Of a DNA stretch of 64,000 bases, positions 49,745-64,000 are shown piece by piece. Position numbers and translations under genes: made by a program. Below the pieces are notes generated by a model. The model worked only from the letters and a program-made list of their open reading frames with translations. It made no database searches and was not told where the DNA came from. The stretch's first letter is position 1. Each line of letters opens with the position of its first letter. Source of the DNA: Tubulanus polymorphus. Taxonomy: Eukaryota; Animalia; Nemertea. The stretch lies in assembly GCF_964204645.1 (NCBI RefSeq), contig NC_134035.1:11254451-11318450 (forward strand), written 5' to 3'.

Positions 49745-52700
49745 ATGAGGTGTCATTAGTAATTCGTATTTCGACCCCGAAGTCTACCACCGATCATCGT
49801 AATAGTGCTCATACATTACAGCCTCTATACAGCGACATGATATAATTATGATGAATAGCGTTGTTTCATTATATCAGTTCGTCTTTTTTCGAAAACAAAA
49901 AAAATTTCAGTCCCGATTCTAAGTAGCGTTGCGTATAGCGGTCTGCGCTATGACTGTCGTGTTTTTTACCACATCGTCGCGTCGAATAAATCATCGCCCT
50001 CGAAAAAAAAACCTAATGCGTTTGAATCGCGAATGAAACTCGGGCGAGGCTTTCACAGTCAGCGTGATTGAAATTTTCCAGAAATAATGAACAAAAACTC
50101 TATTCACTGCATTCACGACCAAATAAGGCGCGCGATAACTCGCAATCTGTGACCATTAATGATGAAATTATGTTTTCACGTTCGCCATTGATTTAAATAC
50201 GAATCACGCATAAATTGATGATGACAAAAACCGATGAGTTTTTCTCTTTCAAAAGGTAAAACCGCGTTTGCGTCATGCATGTTATTTTCCCTGACTTGAT
50301 CTGCTAAGAATCCAATTGATTAACAGTGTCACATATGTAAGACATAGACGTTTGATATTATGCGTGATCTAGCAATCTCTAGCAACTCATTTCCCTGACA
50401 ATTAGCTTTCTCACAAAAATTCTGACTTTTCCCTTACTTTTTCTTAAAAAAGAAAATTCCGTGACCTGTCTCTGTTTCCAGGTATATGGCCGCCCTGTCA
50501 TAGTTAACGAGCGGTTTTTGAATCGGACTCGTGACTCGAATTCCTGAAAATTATCTCTCATTTATCAACGCCGATAGAGTTTAAAAATACGTCAGAAAAA
50601 AAAAACAACAGCCTCGGGGCCGAAAGAACGCGATCGTATTGAAGCATTGATCGTCGTACAAAATATCGCTGAATCAAAACAAAATGAAAAAGGAATGTTT
50701 TCTTTTATCGTCATCTGTCACGTTAATTCCCATCGAAATGAAAGCAAATCACCCGCTTTTATGGAGTACATTATACGAATACAACTCAAAAGTTTTGATC
50801 TTCAAACCGACAATGAGCGATATGGTTATAAAGAGTTCTAAATAGTCTTCTTCTAAAGACTAGGTAGCTGTAATTTATGGTCATAATATACGACAAATAT
50901 GTTATCTTTTGTTAGTGGTTCTTTCCTAAACGCTACAATGACAAAGTCGGTAAAAATACACTGGGTTTCATAATCAAGGAAATATGATGATTATGCCAAA
51001 TTTTGTCGTGGATTTTCATTAGCGTTTAAGGGTAGATAACTAAAAACGTTTGATTTGTTTAATTAAAACCTTTTTAAGTATTTTATTTGAGGTTTTTTGT
51101 CCGAGGGTTTTGAGGAACTGTAGGAACCCTTTTAGATAACCTCCTGTAGCTGATGTCGTTTAATGAATCCTTGTAAAGTATAAGAGTATTAAAGCAATAA
51201 AGCAGACACAAGTCCAGAGAGGTTATTCCCACCCTAAAGATAACTGTGTAAGTATTTTGTATATGTATTGATGAAGAGTCTCTGTGAAGTTATGATACTG
51301 AAAAGCCAAAATACACAACGACACATCGACTATACAAACTGAAATATGCTTGTAAACCGGTGCTGGTGCTCGATGTTGGTACCACGGTGTCTACTGTCAT
51401 TAGTCAAGTGTTCGTTGAAATACTCTCAAGTTCAACTTCAACACCGTTGACAAAGAACCATTGTCGAGAAATGTTTCATCGCCAGACCGACCGACCTGTT
51501 TGTCTATCTGCGCTCCTGTTTATAGTCAAGTATTAATTTCTAATGGTAGCGCCATCAATAAAGATCAACCAATCGTGAAAACCCGCGAATCATCAAAACC
51601 TCATAAAAACTCTAGTGATGATGATCGGTGAACCAATGTGTGAAGTGCCCCGCATTTTCCTGACATCTTCCCAGTTAGACAACGGACTCGAAACAAGGTC
51701 CTCTTTAGACAAAATGGCCTACCTCAATCAAAGATTATGAAACTTTAACATAGAGCAATAACGACATTTTAATTCAATCATACTTTCCAATTGAAAAGTA
51801 CTCAGATCTAAGTAAGACCCTATGTATCGCTAAGATATGCCTAATGAGAGCCTGCCTATGTTCTTAGCAGTTCGAATGACACATCAAAGAATATAGCCTA
51901 CCAATAGTTTGCCATTGTTCTACTCCCCCAGTGTAGTTCTTCAAAAAGACACTCTAGAAACCATGAACTTTCATGCAGCGGAGTGATTGGAAAAGTTGAA
52001 CGTACAAGATAAAGTATCACAATGTTCGAGGTGGAAGTGTATAATCAATCCTTTTCACATATCCCTAATATAAATTAGGATCAAACCATTCCCCGTAAAG
52101 CCATAAAGGATCAATGTTGATATGGGATACGAGCGGCTTCGAAGTCTTTATCATCGACCTCAAAGAGTCGACTCACCAGGAAGTGAAGTATTACAAAGCA
52201 ACACATCGTCGAACTGCGTGCGGAGAGGATTTTCTGCAGGATCGACCGCAGACCTAACATCAGGGGGCTTGTAAAAATCTTTCACCTGGATTTTTGCGAG
52301 TCGATCGCGCGTGAAAGCGAATCGAGCTGCATCGACGCGGAGCATCGGGATTACACGCGGACCATAATGGATTTCTATTGTCGAGTCGGGTTGAGCTAGA
52401 AGATGCTGAACTCACCGATACCCGAGCTAGATATGGCTATAATGCGTCGGTGTATATAAAGTCACCTTGGTAGAATATCCCGATTTTAATGGAATTACTA
52501 TGTTACGAGTGAAAGTTCACTTACAAATCCGCCGGTGAAAGTATCGGAAATTCTAAATGATAATGTGATCTTGATTTCGCTTGATGAAAGTGTCGCCGAG
52601 TCAGACGCCCGTCGTCGACTTCAAAGATATCCGTTAAACCATTAATGCATCGCTGAAGTTTTCAATTAGTCGAAGTCAAAATATCGTCGTACTCAACTTT

Positions 52701-54684
52701 CAAAAAGTTGCCTTTACGAAATGAATTTTTGATGATCGTTTCGGAATTATCGACAAAAATATGTCATAACATTCCAGTTGATAGGATCGTGAGGGCAATT
52801 AATAGGAGTACTCGAGATATCAAGAAAATTTGTTGAAACTTCATGACATGTTTCCACGTCCGCGTGCAGTTCAATTCATGTTTTTTTTAAACTCTGAAAG
52901 CCGCGACATCATATTGATCTGCAGAAACTACAATGTACATACTCATACCTGCAAACTTAGACCCTGTATCAACTTAATAACAGTACTTAACAAAGGACTT
53001 TCAGCGTCATCAAATAACCGCAGGCTCTGGTCTATAAAACTGCCCATAACCTGCTTTTATTCAGTGACGGAATTCAAGGAAAAGAAATCCCTAAGACACC
53101 GGAGGCTCCTTTGACAATTACCTCGGAGAATGCTGACAAAGAAAAAGAATATATACAATGCTATATACTTCTTGCCATCGACTTTTGCCTCATTAGCAAT
53201 AAGAGAATCTATGGAATCCCTGCAGTGTCAATAGCAAATTGCTGATGGCGCAGTATCAGAGAATGCAATCTGAATACAACCAACAAAGTATTATACCTCG
53301 CTTAACATTTGGTCAGTGAGGACACAAATCCGACACATGATATATGCATATTTTGATGTTTATGATGAATCCCATATTTATAAAGAAACACACAGTCAAT
53401 AGCATTGTCCAAACTTTCTAGGTTTTGGTAAAATTTTGTAGATTTCTCTGATTTCTCCAGCTCTCCAGGTCAGTGGCTAACCTGACTTTTTACATCATCA
53501 TAAGCGTGGAATGTGGGACTTCTAACAGAATCTGGAAGTTCAATAGCATATCTCTCACACCTCGTGTACAAAATCATTCGGATTCCAGCGCGAGCTTACA
53601 AATTACATCTCCAGCTAACTATCGCCTTCTCCACGATATCAGAAATATCAAGCGTATATATCGAGAATAGAAATAACTGAATACCGCGTGATAACATTGT
53701 TTCATGGCGTGACGGTCTATCAAAGCGCGATCCCAGGAAAAAATTCCACAAAGCAACTCATACATCGGCGCTTTTTTCTGTTCATCAAAGCTCTTTTATT
53801 CTATTCCGCACACTCGATGTACTGAACACCAGTAAGATAAAGAAGGGCGGTAAAGATACCATTAACTGATCCAACGCTTTACATCTTTGATATTTTGTCA
53901 ACGCGTGTTCAATTCACTTCGTATATGTTTTCGTCATATAATTTTGTAAACGATGAAAATCAGGAATATCAACTTTAAGAAACTGTCACGATGTACTAGG
54001 TCCAATCGTAAAGGCTAAGATTTGAAGTCTAAAACAATGTTGGTTAAGTGTTGTTAGGACCTGTATTACGATTTAAGACCAATTTTCGACGTAAGACATG
54101 ACTGCGCAACTGGAGAATAGGAAATACAGGAATTTGATAAGAGATTGTCAGCGCAAAGAACTTATAAGGATTGGTACATAAGGATTGGCCAACCTCCTTG
54201 AGAAATAGTTATCCAGAGCTTTCCATACCTTTTCTACATTCTCTAACTCTGTACTGTTATGAAAACCTGTATCCTAAATAGATATGCTAGAATATGGCAA
54301 TTCAGAAGAAATGATCAGGGTTGTATTGGCAGTTGATGGTGGTAATATATAGTACATTAAGGATATTATCGGGATACTTTACATTATGTACCTGTAATGG
54401 AAACCTGAACCTTGCTACAATAGAATGAAGGAATGAGTAGATCTACAAGAGAGCCACTTCGCATTAAGAGTTGAAGGTGTGAGTGATAATGACGCAATAT
54501 GTAACTGATACATATATACAAGATGTAACAACAAGGTTACAGTCTCCGTGTACACCGCTCAGCCCTACACGCCATGTCCGCCCTGCCGATCCAAAATTAA
54601 CCACTTCCAACATACTGAGTATCATACAGAAGGCACCAGTAACGGTATCGATGGGCGGAGAAGGACCTTTGACCGAGAAACTCT

Positions 54685-54752
54685 ACCGCGACTGGGATTC
54701 AAACCGATGAAACATTGACGAGACCAGTACGGTGGCTTAAACCACTCGGCTT
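54685..54752 (-). mobile_element. Degenerate tRNA-derived SINE head
   Basis: The minus strand reads agccgagtggtttaag (A-box-like) ... ggtttgaatcccagtcg (B-box-like). Similar B-box remnants at about 2222-2256 and 57682-57706. Confidence 0.45.
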
Positions 54753-56428
54753 CTAACACCTAACACCGAAATTGGGATAAACCTACTGCTCTAAGGGTAG
54801 TACGCTATTTGCCAGTCGGTTTCTGGGAACCGAAGTTTCGAAGCCGAAACTAACAGCACCAAATTGTTACGACGATAATTATGAAAAATAGCGGAAATAC
54901 AAACACAACAGAGTCAATTAATAACCAATACGCATACATTGATTTCACGTGGTACTTATTTGAACCCGAAACGCACTCTTCTAACCCACCCTCCCCAATC
55001 ACGAGCGCAATAGTTTTACATTTCCCAGCAGCAGAAATATCGAACCCTATTTTCTTTCGCGGTCGAATAACAAACCTAACACTTCTTCGATTCCAATTAG
55101 TTTTTAATAATTTATTTATCCGTCCATCCGGGAGACGGATCGATGGTGCTAGCATGTGTCGCGCTCGCGCGTTGATTCATATTGTGTTTTATATTTCAGC
55201 CATATATTTATTATATAGAACAACACCTGTTCCATATACATATACACACACTGCCAGAATATAGGCAACATTTCGCCGTAAATGGCACCACGAGAATCGA
55301 ACGGATTTCCATCGATCTAATTCCAAATTCATCGAGGAGTCTCAAACGCTATCTACGAAATCTATTTGCTTGTAGGTTTAGTAATTGTTTGAATACGGAA
55401 TATTTCACTTAGCAGATCAAATAACGTTATCGTTTTCGATATGCAGTTATCCAGTTGATTATTGTTTTGCTCCTAGAGAGTCGCCGGCTTATCAGCGCAT
55501 TATTTATCAATTATTGCATGATTGACAGGGGTCAAACTAATTCTCACATATTATACCACTATTGGTATCACAATATACAGCGCAGTAGAATAGCATCAAA
55601 CAATGACGCATTCTTACGAACAGGTCCCAGACTTTCGTCAAACGCTTCATTTCTAAGACGTTAGGACTGAAAATCAAAATGACTTATCCCTTGATTTCTT
55701 CCTAGTACTTTTCCAATATGATGGTCATTTTGGATTAGAAATAATCAATAATAATTCATTTCCGTAATTCCATATGAAAATATATTCGTTGGCTTAAAAA
55801 CTAAGACGCGAGAATCAAAAGACAAAAATTAAATGTAAAGATTGTTGATTCAAAACTTTCTGATAACAAGCCTTTTGATTGATATACTTTATAAGTGCAA
55901 TAATCCTGTGTGAATCATCTAAAAAGTTGCCAATTTCATTGAAATATAATGTGTTACTTGTAACTAATGCTTTCTAAATAAGGAATGTTTTCCATTAGTC
56001 AAATATCATTAATTTCACTTAATATAAATATCAAACCATCAAAAAGACGCGACGAGTCAATATTTCTATTTTTGGAAACATTTAAGCAATCGATTTCTAG
56101 ACTAGCCACAATATATATATATCATTTTTCATCAATATAAAACTTCGTTCGTCAACTTCGAATCGAAGAATTAAAAATCCATATCATGAAAGCGTAAACT
56201 TGTCGCTTTACGTATGAAATGAAATCAATTTGTAATTGTTTTTAAACGGAAAGTTTCTCGTAAGCTTAATTCATATATACGCAATGAAACCAGATCTAAT
56301 GTTGATCAATCTATTTTGGGTGTGGCCATAAACATTTAAAATAATACAAACAATGTGAAGATTGACGTAGCGGCGTTGAGCATTTCTATTAAAAGAAAAA
56401 TTAACGATACCAAATACTGCATTTCCAG

Positions 56429-56787
56429 AGCCCAATGCACATAACGTAGGGAAACATGGAATTAAACATGTTCGGATCTCAGAAACATTTATCCTGAAAC
56501 TATGTTTCCTGTTTCTTGTAATGGACCAACGCACCCGACACAGGGAAACATAGGATCTGGAAACACACGAAACACAAAAATGGAATCAAACATATTCGAT
56601 CTCTGAAACATCCATGTTTTTTTTTTCTTGTTAAGCCCGATGCAGGGAAACAAGAGACAGAAACATGTTTCCATGTTTCCCTGCGCTGTGTACATTTACG
56701 AGAAATGAGAAACAATGCTTTCAGGAAAAAAGTTTCCGAGATCAAACACGTTTGTTTCCGAGTTTCCGCGTGTCGTGTGCGTTGGAT
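56429..56787. mobile_element. MITE family 3 copy, probably compound
   Basis: agcccaatgcac start, gtgcgttggat end, repeated gggaaaca/tgtttcc motifs. Confidence 0.65.
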
Positions 56788-59686
56788 TTAAAAACAAACT
56801 TCAACGTTTTTCGCGCGCGGGCTAAAACTACACAAATAACAACGATAAACGAATTACTCGAAGAATGTTAAAATACATATATAGTCGTTGGTTGGAACGA
56901 GCTGAGTAAATGAACACCGCCGGCTAGACAACATTATAGAAAACGAGACATTCGTCACGATTGTCTATATTTCGAAATACGTACGATTCAACGAATAATT
57001 GAGTTCAAAAATGCGTACAATTCCCTTTTCATAAACGTTAATTGGATTCATAGACACGCGTTATACGCCGTTTCAATATGGCCGCCGTTGAAACGTAACG
57101 AGATACCTTCGTCGTTGTCGTCGTGAATAAAAAACTAGTCATCCTCGAGGTTTGGTGTCAATTCAAAAAAATACTTGGCAACAAAATGAAACGAGTGGTA
57201 TTTCGATACCACCCGAGTAGCGGGCGTTTGAATACATGTATTTGTTTCATGGACAATAGGAACCGCATGCAAGACTTAATCGTTGAAATGTAGCACCGAC
57301 AATCATTATAAAACCCTCCTATAACAGTACTATTTTGAATCGGAATCACAAAGCGATTGCTTGTTGTCGAAATAACCACCAGCACTACTCATACCGGGGT
57401 TATTGTATCGCTAGAGGGGTACTTGAAAAGTGAAATAAAAGGAAATAAGAAGGGCCTAATCTTGCATCTCCCCATGCGGTCTTTACTTCTTTGATTAATT
57501 TCTTAAACGCAGGGTTCGGTCGGAAAAGATCTTCTTATATCTCGATTTCTATTCTTGAGCTCGAGTATATAGTTTACGTTTCGACTATATCCGAATAGTC
57601 ACCTTCACAGAGTATTTCTGAAGATGAATATTAGAATTGTGGCATTTTTAAGTATACATTTAATGAAATTACGCACATCAACTGGGGATCGAACCCGGGT
57701 CTCTACGTAGCCGGTAGATCAAAAGACTGAACCCTACTTGCGAGGGAGATGATAGCTCGTAGACTGCACCTTGGAGTATTCAGTCTGATTACTCCAAGAC
57801 TGAACTAATCCACTAAGCCAGTGGTTAACGTTTCAACACAGATAGTGTTTCATCAAGGTTTGCATGTAGTCATATATCAATTCTCAAGTAAAAAGTTTCA
57901 GCAAAACCGAAAGAACTTCATAAGGAACAGAATTTTTAACGAACTACGATATTATTGACTCATCGATTTCGACGACTGTCGACCAATGACTGTTTTTGTT
58001 ATAGACACCGTGTATTCGAAAGCGATCAATGCGTACGACTAGTGAATCTAACCGATTCAATCGTCTCAAATTACACAAAGATCTCATTCGAGAACCGATT
58101 CGTCGCCGCGTACCCGCTTATTAAAGTTACGCAATCGTTACTTCATACATCGGCGGGAGCGCCCACAAAGTTAATCATACCGCAAAGTCGATAATTATAA
58201 GGCACGCGTAGAATTAGGCCTCCAATACTGGTGTATAATACGTAACATGCTGAATACTAGTATTTAATACATAACTGAATCTAATACCAGGTGCGATTTA
58301 AAGCCGAACAACGTCATAGTTATTAATTCTAACATCAGCCACGGACGGACATGTCTGTATATCCCATGACAAGTCATTTAAAAACACAGCGGGCATGTGG
58401 CCTTATCAGTCAACAGAACTAGAACAAATCATATTCGCTAGCGAGAAATTAAAATTGCCCGAAGCTTCGACTGTGGGTCCGCTAGAACAGGGCCTCTTCC
58501 CCGTAAGGAATTTGGCAACGATCAAAAGTATAAGGCGGCATCGCCCGAGGATTCAATAGGTATTATACTCGCGTACATATTTAAAAGCGTATATTGTTGC
58601 ATTATGCTTTGTACATAAAGAACATAATCAAAGCGATCAAAAGTGTGACGCGATCCTTTTTCGTAAATTTAACGAGCTTTTCTAGCGCCGCGATTGCCGC
58701 GCCGATTTCAACATAATGCGAAACAAAATTGCGCTTATTATCCGTGCGTCACGGGCATCATCAAACGAGAATGAAGTCTTTCAAAAACGGTTTTCAACCT
58801 TTTCAGCAAGTAATTTGCGCGCGCTTTCGCCGTAACTTTACCCCGTCCGTCGTCGGTCTGTCTGTCAAAGGGGTTTTTCAGAAATGAATGAAAAGTTGTG
58901 AGCGTAAACAACGTTGATATTACAAGCGGAATCGTTGATTATCAGAGAGATAACCTTTTGAAAGTAGACAGTTACAATATGTCAATCAAATATTGAAGGT
59001 AATCTAGAACTAGTTGATTGCGACTCTACAGTTGTAACTATACATATCTTGTACCATGTCTTCAGAAAAGGAAGCCTCCTTGATTATAGGATTTAGAATA
59101 TAGAATTTAGCAATGCCAATCAAATTTTAACAAATTTATCCACTGTCTCCTACACCGCAAGAAATGAGGGTAGAATGATGATTTTGTATAAACACAGTAG
59201 GAGCCGATCAATCTTTTGATATTTGTAGCTACCACAAACTGTAAATGTTATCGATATCATGGGGTTCAATCAACAACACCAACTGTGGATCAACAAGGAC
59301 GACACATGTTACCACCATCAAACCATGCAATGATTTCCCTTCATAGAACTGATAATTATTTATACATAGACATGTAAAATCCGAACGCCCGGGGTCTGAG
59401 TTGCTCAGTTGTGACGTTAGTCCAAAAATGTTCAAGAACCTCGAAAATGGTTGGTATTGACAACAAAGTGTGTTTACACTGGTCTAAGAATTCTAATAAA
59501 AGTCTGCACTGTATGTACAACTGGTCTAGTCGATTTTGACAGGGTCAAAGCCCTATAAGCTGAAAATGCTTCAATAAATACAGTCTGTTTTAACACCATC
59601 CTTTTTAACGCCAACATTTTTCAGAGACATTTCCTAAATCATCAAGAGTATGTGAATGTTACTGATGTCTCTGGTTCACAAGCATC

Positions 59687-59698
59687 CGCTGCTACTGC

Positions 59699-59738
<40 letters not shown>

Positions 59739-59806
59739 ACTGGTGGTCGATGAAATGAAATGTCTAGATTCTACTTGATCATTGATTACTGATGACATTT
59801 CTCATT

Positions 59807-59838
<32 letters not shown>

Positions 59839-59842
59839 TATC
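59687..59842. repeat. (CTG)n followed by (CAT)n trinucleotide repeats
   Basis: About 12 CTG units at 59701-59737 and about 10 CAT units at 59809-59838. Confidence 0.92.
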
Positions 59843-61760
59843 AGTGAATTTTCATCACCAATATATGAAAAAGTCAATCCATATTTTATAGAGTGTAATA
59901 ACGAGTGATAAGAGTATTGGGGTAAATCAAGATCATTTCAGTTGTCGTGAAAACTCTTTATTTTATTACTTCATTCAGTGGCGAAATAACAGCGAATGAA
60001 TGGATATGACTCAATTAAGACAGTAACTACACCAGCACGCGTCTCTGTGAGCTACAGCAAGTCAATCTCCAACTTGGATTTATTAATAATCTTTATATCA
60101 CAGGTGAAGTAGCACCGGTAACACCGACTAACGGTCTCCGGATATACGTCAATGAATCAGGAAATAGGTTGCGTTTTATACAAAATATAGGTTCGCGTAT
60201 ACATATATATACTAATGAATTTAATATCAAAGCGATTGAGAGGGACCGAGAGCGAGAGCGTGTGCACTTATATGACCCTGTTGTTGACATGATCAAATTC
60301 ATGAACCGATTTTAATATTCCATTCAGCGAAATGAACGTATGCATTAGTACTAACGAGATACTAGGTATAATATACGTGATGAAGTCAATAAACTAGGAT
60401 TCATCGATACCGGCAAATGTTTGCAGCAGAAAGATGGCCGCCTCGGCTTAATCATTGTAAGACAATGATTGCATCAATTGCCAGTGATTTCACTTGTTAA
60501 CTAAGCAAGAAAATGAGAGTGAAATGGTAATAAAATATGTGGTAACGCAACTGAAGTGACAATGTTTTCAGGAATGTTTTGAGATGATATTCAAGGGTGT
60601 ATTTAGGGGCTGGATCGACTGGGCTAGTCAACCCCCTTCAAAGTTTGAATATGCCCTCCAAAAAGTCTGGGGAATTTTTTGCATAAAAACGTTTTAAAGG
60701 ACAAAGTGGGTGGTGATGAGGGCCATAAAGCCCTTTTTGTCCTAATTCTTCATTGGTAGGGCTGTCAGAAACCAACACCAATTTTCATCTTTGCAGCCCT
60801 TTGCCCTTTTCAAATTAAGTGCCCATTCCATTTCAGGTCAACCCCCCATCCAGGAATTCTAAATCCCCTTTGACATTAACTTAATATGCCTGCTTTGCAG
60901 CCATCTTTTCTTTCTTGACGACATAAGAATAAACCGAAAGGGACCCAGGCTAAAATTAACCTCGGTGATATCATTCGATTTTGGGGTTAAACACGCCGAT
61001 TGAAGTTGGTAAATCCCTAGGGGTAAACTTTGCCGCATGTCAATAATATCAACCTGAAAACTGCATTAGATTCGTATGATGTAATGATGTAACGAGCCTT
61101 AAGCTACATGAAAATACACTTCATAAAACAAAACGCAGTTAGGTTTTCTTTTAAACTGCTCTAAACTTCATACGGAAAACGTGCGCAATATCGAATTTTA
61201 GACAAGACTGTCTTTATGTATAACTATAACATATAGACAAAAGATGAATAAAAGGTGTGTCGTATTGAACTGCTTACCACCACAGCCATCCCGCGTCCCT
61301 TTATCAGAATTTCATACATAATTCAAAATATGTCCTTTGTTTGAAAATTGATTAAAGGCGATAGATGCAATATAAACGCACGTAAATTCGAACATAGAAA
61401 TGGTTGAAACTGTACATTGCGAGCGAAAGCAACGATCACCAATCGGTTTTCTTTCATTGTCAGTTTTGAAAGGTATCAATATTTATTAGCATCTGGATCG
61501 ATAAGATTAATAATACAATTTTTATTTTCATACAGACTTCATTGATCGCTATTTTCTAATATTGCTTATGAAATGAATTTTCCATTTACAGCTTTACGTA
61601 ATAGCATTATTCTATTAATACCAGTCATTGCTACAGCAAAACATACAACAATTTTATGACTTTTGTTTTGATTTTTATCTTAAATTAGGGTTCGTCCTCG
61701 TTATTTATTTGGTTGCAAGATTTTGTCCGATTCGATTTGAGTCGGTGTCCCTTACAAACC

Positions 61761-62118
61761 CACCACTACTACAATACTCCCACCACTACTACAATACCCC
61801 CACCACTACTACAATACCCCCACCACTACTACAATACCCCCACCACTACTACAATACCCCCACCACTACTACAATACCCCCACCACAACTACAATACCCC
61901 CACCACTACTACAATACTCCCACCACTACTACAATACCCCCACCACTACTACAATACCCCCACCACTACTACAATACCCCCACCACTACTACAATACCCC
62001 CACCACTACTACAATACCCCCACCACTACTACAATACCCCCACCACTACTACAATACCCCCACCACTACTACAATACCCCCACCACTACTACAATACCCC
62101 CACCACTACTACAATACC
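61761..62118. repeat. 20-bp minisatellite (caccactactacaatacccc), about 18 copies
   Basis: Nearly perfect tandem array. It explains the repetitive ORFs at 61628-62182. Confidence 0.97.
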
Positions 62119-63433
62119 GGGGTTTCTGATTTCTAAAAGAGATAGAGTTGCGCGATTGGCGCAGGCAGAATTTTTTGTTTGAATGCAACTACCTGCACAT
62201 TTAAGTACATAATTTGAAATTTTGGTTCCGGTTCATTCAACCAATCTTCCGACCAACCTGAACAGGGGTGGATATACGAATGGTTGGATATTCGGTGTCA
62301 AACACCTGCCGAATCCGCTTCTGTTTCGGTGCCGTCGTAAGATTTCACTATCCTAATTCTCGTCATGTTTTCGTTGGGAAATTCGACTTCTGGATCAAGA
62401 ACCTGAAGCGCACTAGCACGAGTTTGAAGAGGGTACCAGACCGTGGCGTTGTCCTATAGAGTGCTGAACCCGTGGTATGAAGAATTTGTATTGGCGTATA
62501 ACCCAGTATCTTACGAAAAATAATCCCCGTCGAAAAGAAAACATTTAAACGTGGTTTAAAAACAGTCTTCTCTTAACATAGAAATTAAAAAAAAATTGTA
62601 GGTTAATTTTCTATGTTGTGAAAAAAAATAAAAATGTTTCATTAAAAAGAAATCGGTCACACAGTTCTCTACGACTTGTAGATCATAAACTTTATGTTAC
62701 TTAAAATAACCAAACCATCACTTAGAAAATGATTTCAAAGGAAATTCAAGCGGACTTCAGTGGATTGGCTATAGAACGACGATGGTCTCTGGCGGGTCTT
62801 AAGTTCAAGCCATGACAATGGGACCTGCCACTGATCCTAAATAGATCCAACATTTCAGCAATGAAACCGTTAATTCAAAGATTTCTTTCATATCAATAAC
62901 TTGAAACAATATATTCATTATTGATGACATTCATTGATTCGTTAAGCCTATATGAGCTCATCGACAAAAATCGCTATTTCATCCGATTGTTTTAAGTAAT
63001 ATCGCCGAAAATTGTCGATGACTTCATCATCAAAACAGACCACGACTGGAGTTTTTGCGCGCGTTGAAGATTGTGGTATATACCGTGTAGACATGATTAA
63101 TAGACAACTCTGATATAGTTACCGTGAACGCAGGCCGCGCGCGCTAGCTAGACTTGTATCTAAAGGGAACGATAGAGAGTTAAAGCTGTATAGATAAAAG
63201 TTTCGAGAGAGAAACGATCTTCACCTTTTTCCTCACTCGATTTCTCTTTAACACGAAACACGGGTGGATAATCTCTAAATTTATCGTTCGTTCATCGTTA
63301 CAAACGGGTTGTTCTGCGGAGGGCATGACTAGTAATCTACCACATCTGGGGCTTTTCTTCTAATGAATTTCTCCTACTAGAAATTTACAGTTAAAACGTA
63401 TAGGCAAACAGTTTTGACTATCTAAAATGACTG

Positions 63434-63658
63434 CAGAGCTGCCAACCTCTGAAAAGTGCTAGCAGTAACAAATTGAACTTTTTTCAGTATTATCTCATTG
63501 AAATATGAAAGAAAATGTTCAATTATTCAGTATTTATCAACAGTAAGACACTCAGTAACATCTTTCAATATCTCTGTACGCATCAAACAAATCAAATCAG
63601 TATTTCTCGTTATAAAATAGTAACAATTACTGAAAATCAGTAACAGTTGGCAGCTCTG
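63434..63658. mobile_element. hAT-like MITE
   Basis: Perfect 13-bp TIR cagagctgccaac / gttggcagctctg; internal tcagta subrepeats. Confidence 0.72.
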
Positions 63659-64000
63659 GGACTGGTTTTCTATTGAATGTGAATTAGGAATTTGATGAAA
63701 ATGGCAAATGACTCAGTATTATTGGTTTTGATTTCGATTTCTTCTTTCTGGTTTGATCAAGAGAAATCGAGTGACAACCTTACCTTACCTTAGAATATTG
63801 GCTTTCTCGAATATCCGCAATGGATAGTGCGGAGAGGTTAAGCGCTTAGATCATGTTTATAAAGAAAATTGAAGGTGTTATTTTATCTCCTGATGTTTGT
63901 TTTCATACAGATGCTTGTGAAAACTCGCTACAGAGCCGGTGTGTATTACAAATAGATCCATTCGTTTTAGATTTCCTATCGAATCTTATGAATTAAACTG

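Noticed and set aside
59687-59745. (CTG)n as a polyQ or polyA coding exon
   Set aside because: No flanking open frame with splice sites was identified.
61628-62182. 184-aa and 138-aa repetitive ORFs (PPPLLQYPHHYYNTPTTTTI)n
   Set aside because: Translation of a stop-free 20-bp minisatellite. The unit is not a multiple of 3 and there is no gene context.
63780-63860. Strong minus-strand donor (AAG|gtaagg) as a candidate ephrin exon 1
   Set aside because: The required phase-2 frame has a stop about 21 codons upstream and shows no signal peptide or ephrin motif.

Overview
Eukaryotic (animal, AT-rich, invertebrate-like) genomic DNA with spliceosomal GT-AG introns and many MITEs and satellites. 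The main gene is a minus-strand ephrin. Six coding exons are readable between 16664 and 29214, ending in a GPI-signal-like tail. The signal-peptide exon was not found, so intron 1 probably spans more than 34 kb to the window end. The most interesting observation is that the exon encoding the core of the receptor-binding domain, including the Eph-binding G-H loop, is tandemly duplicated (exon A 25399-25567, exon B 24259-24430). Both copies are intact and phase 0 to 1, and including both or neither gives an early stop, so they look mutually exclusive. The flanking introns carry competing complementary elements, tandem hairpins, a distant branch-point/poly-U arrangement and Rbfox/MBNL-type motifs, which suggests an RNA-structure-controlled switch of ligand specificity. 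Also present: a single-exon class I SAM methyltransferase (HNMT-like), a rhodopsin-family GPCR broken by one nonsense codon, a fragment of a GPCR paralogue, a possible orphan exon at 685-954, a CR1/L2-like LINE remnant, PIF/Harbinger-, piggyBac- and hAT-like non-autonomous elements, and tandem repeats. Everything was read by eye; no searches were run.
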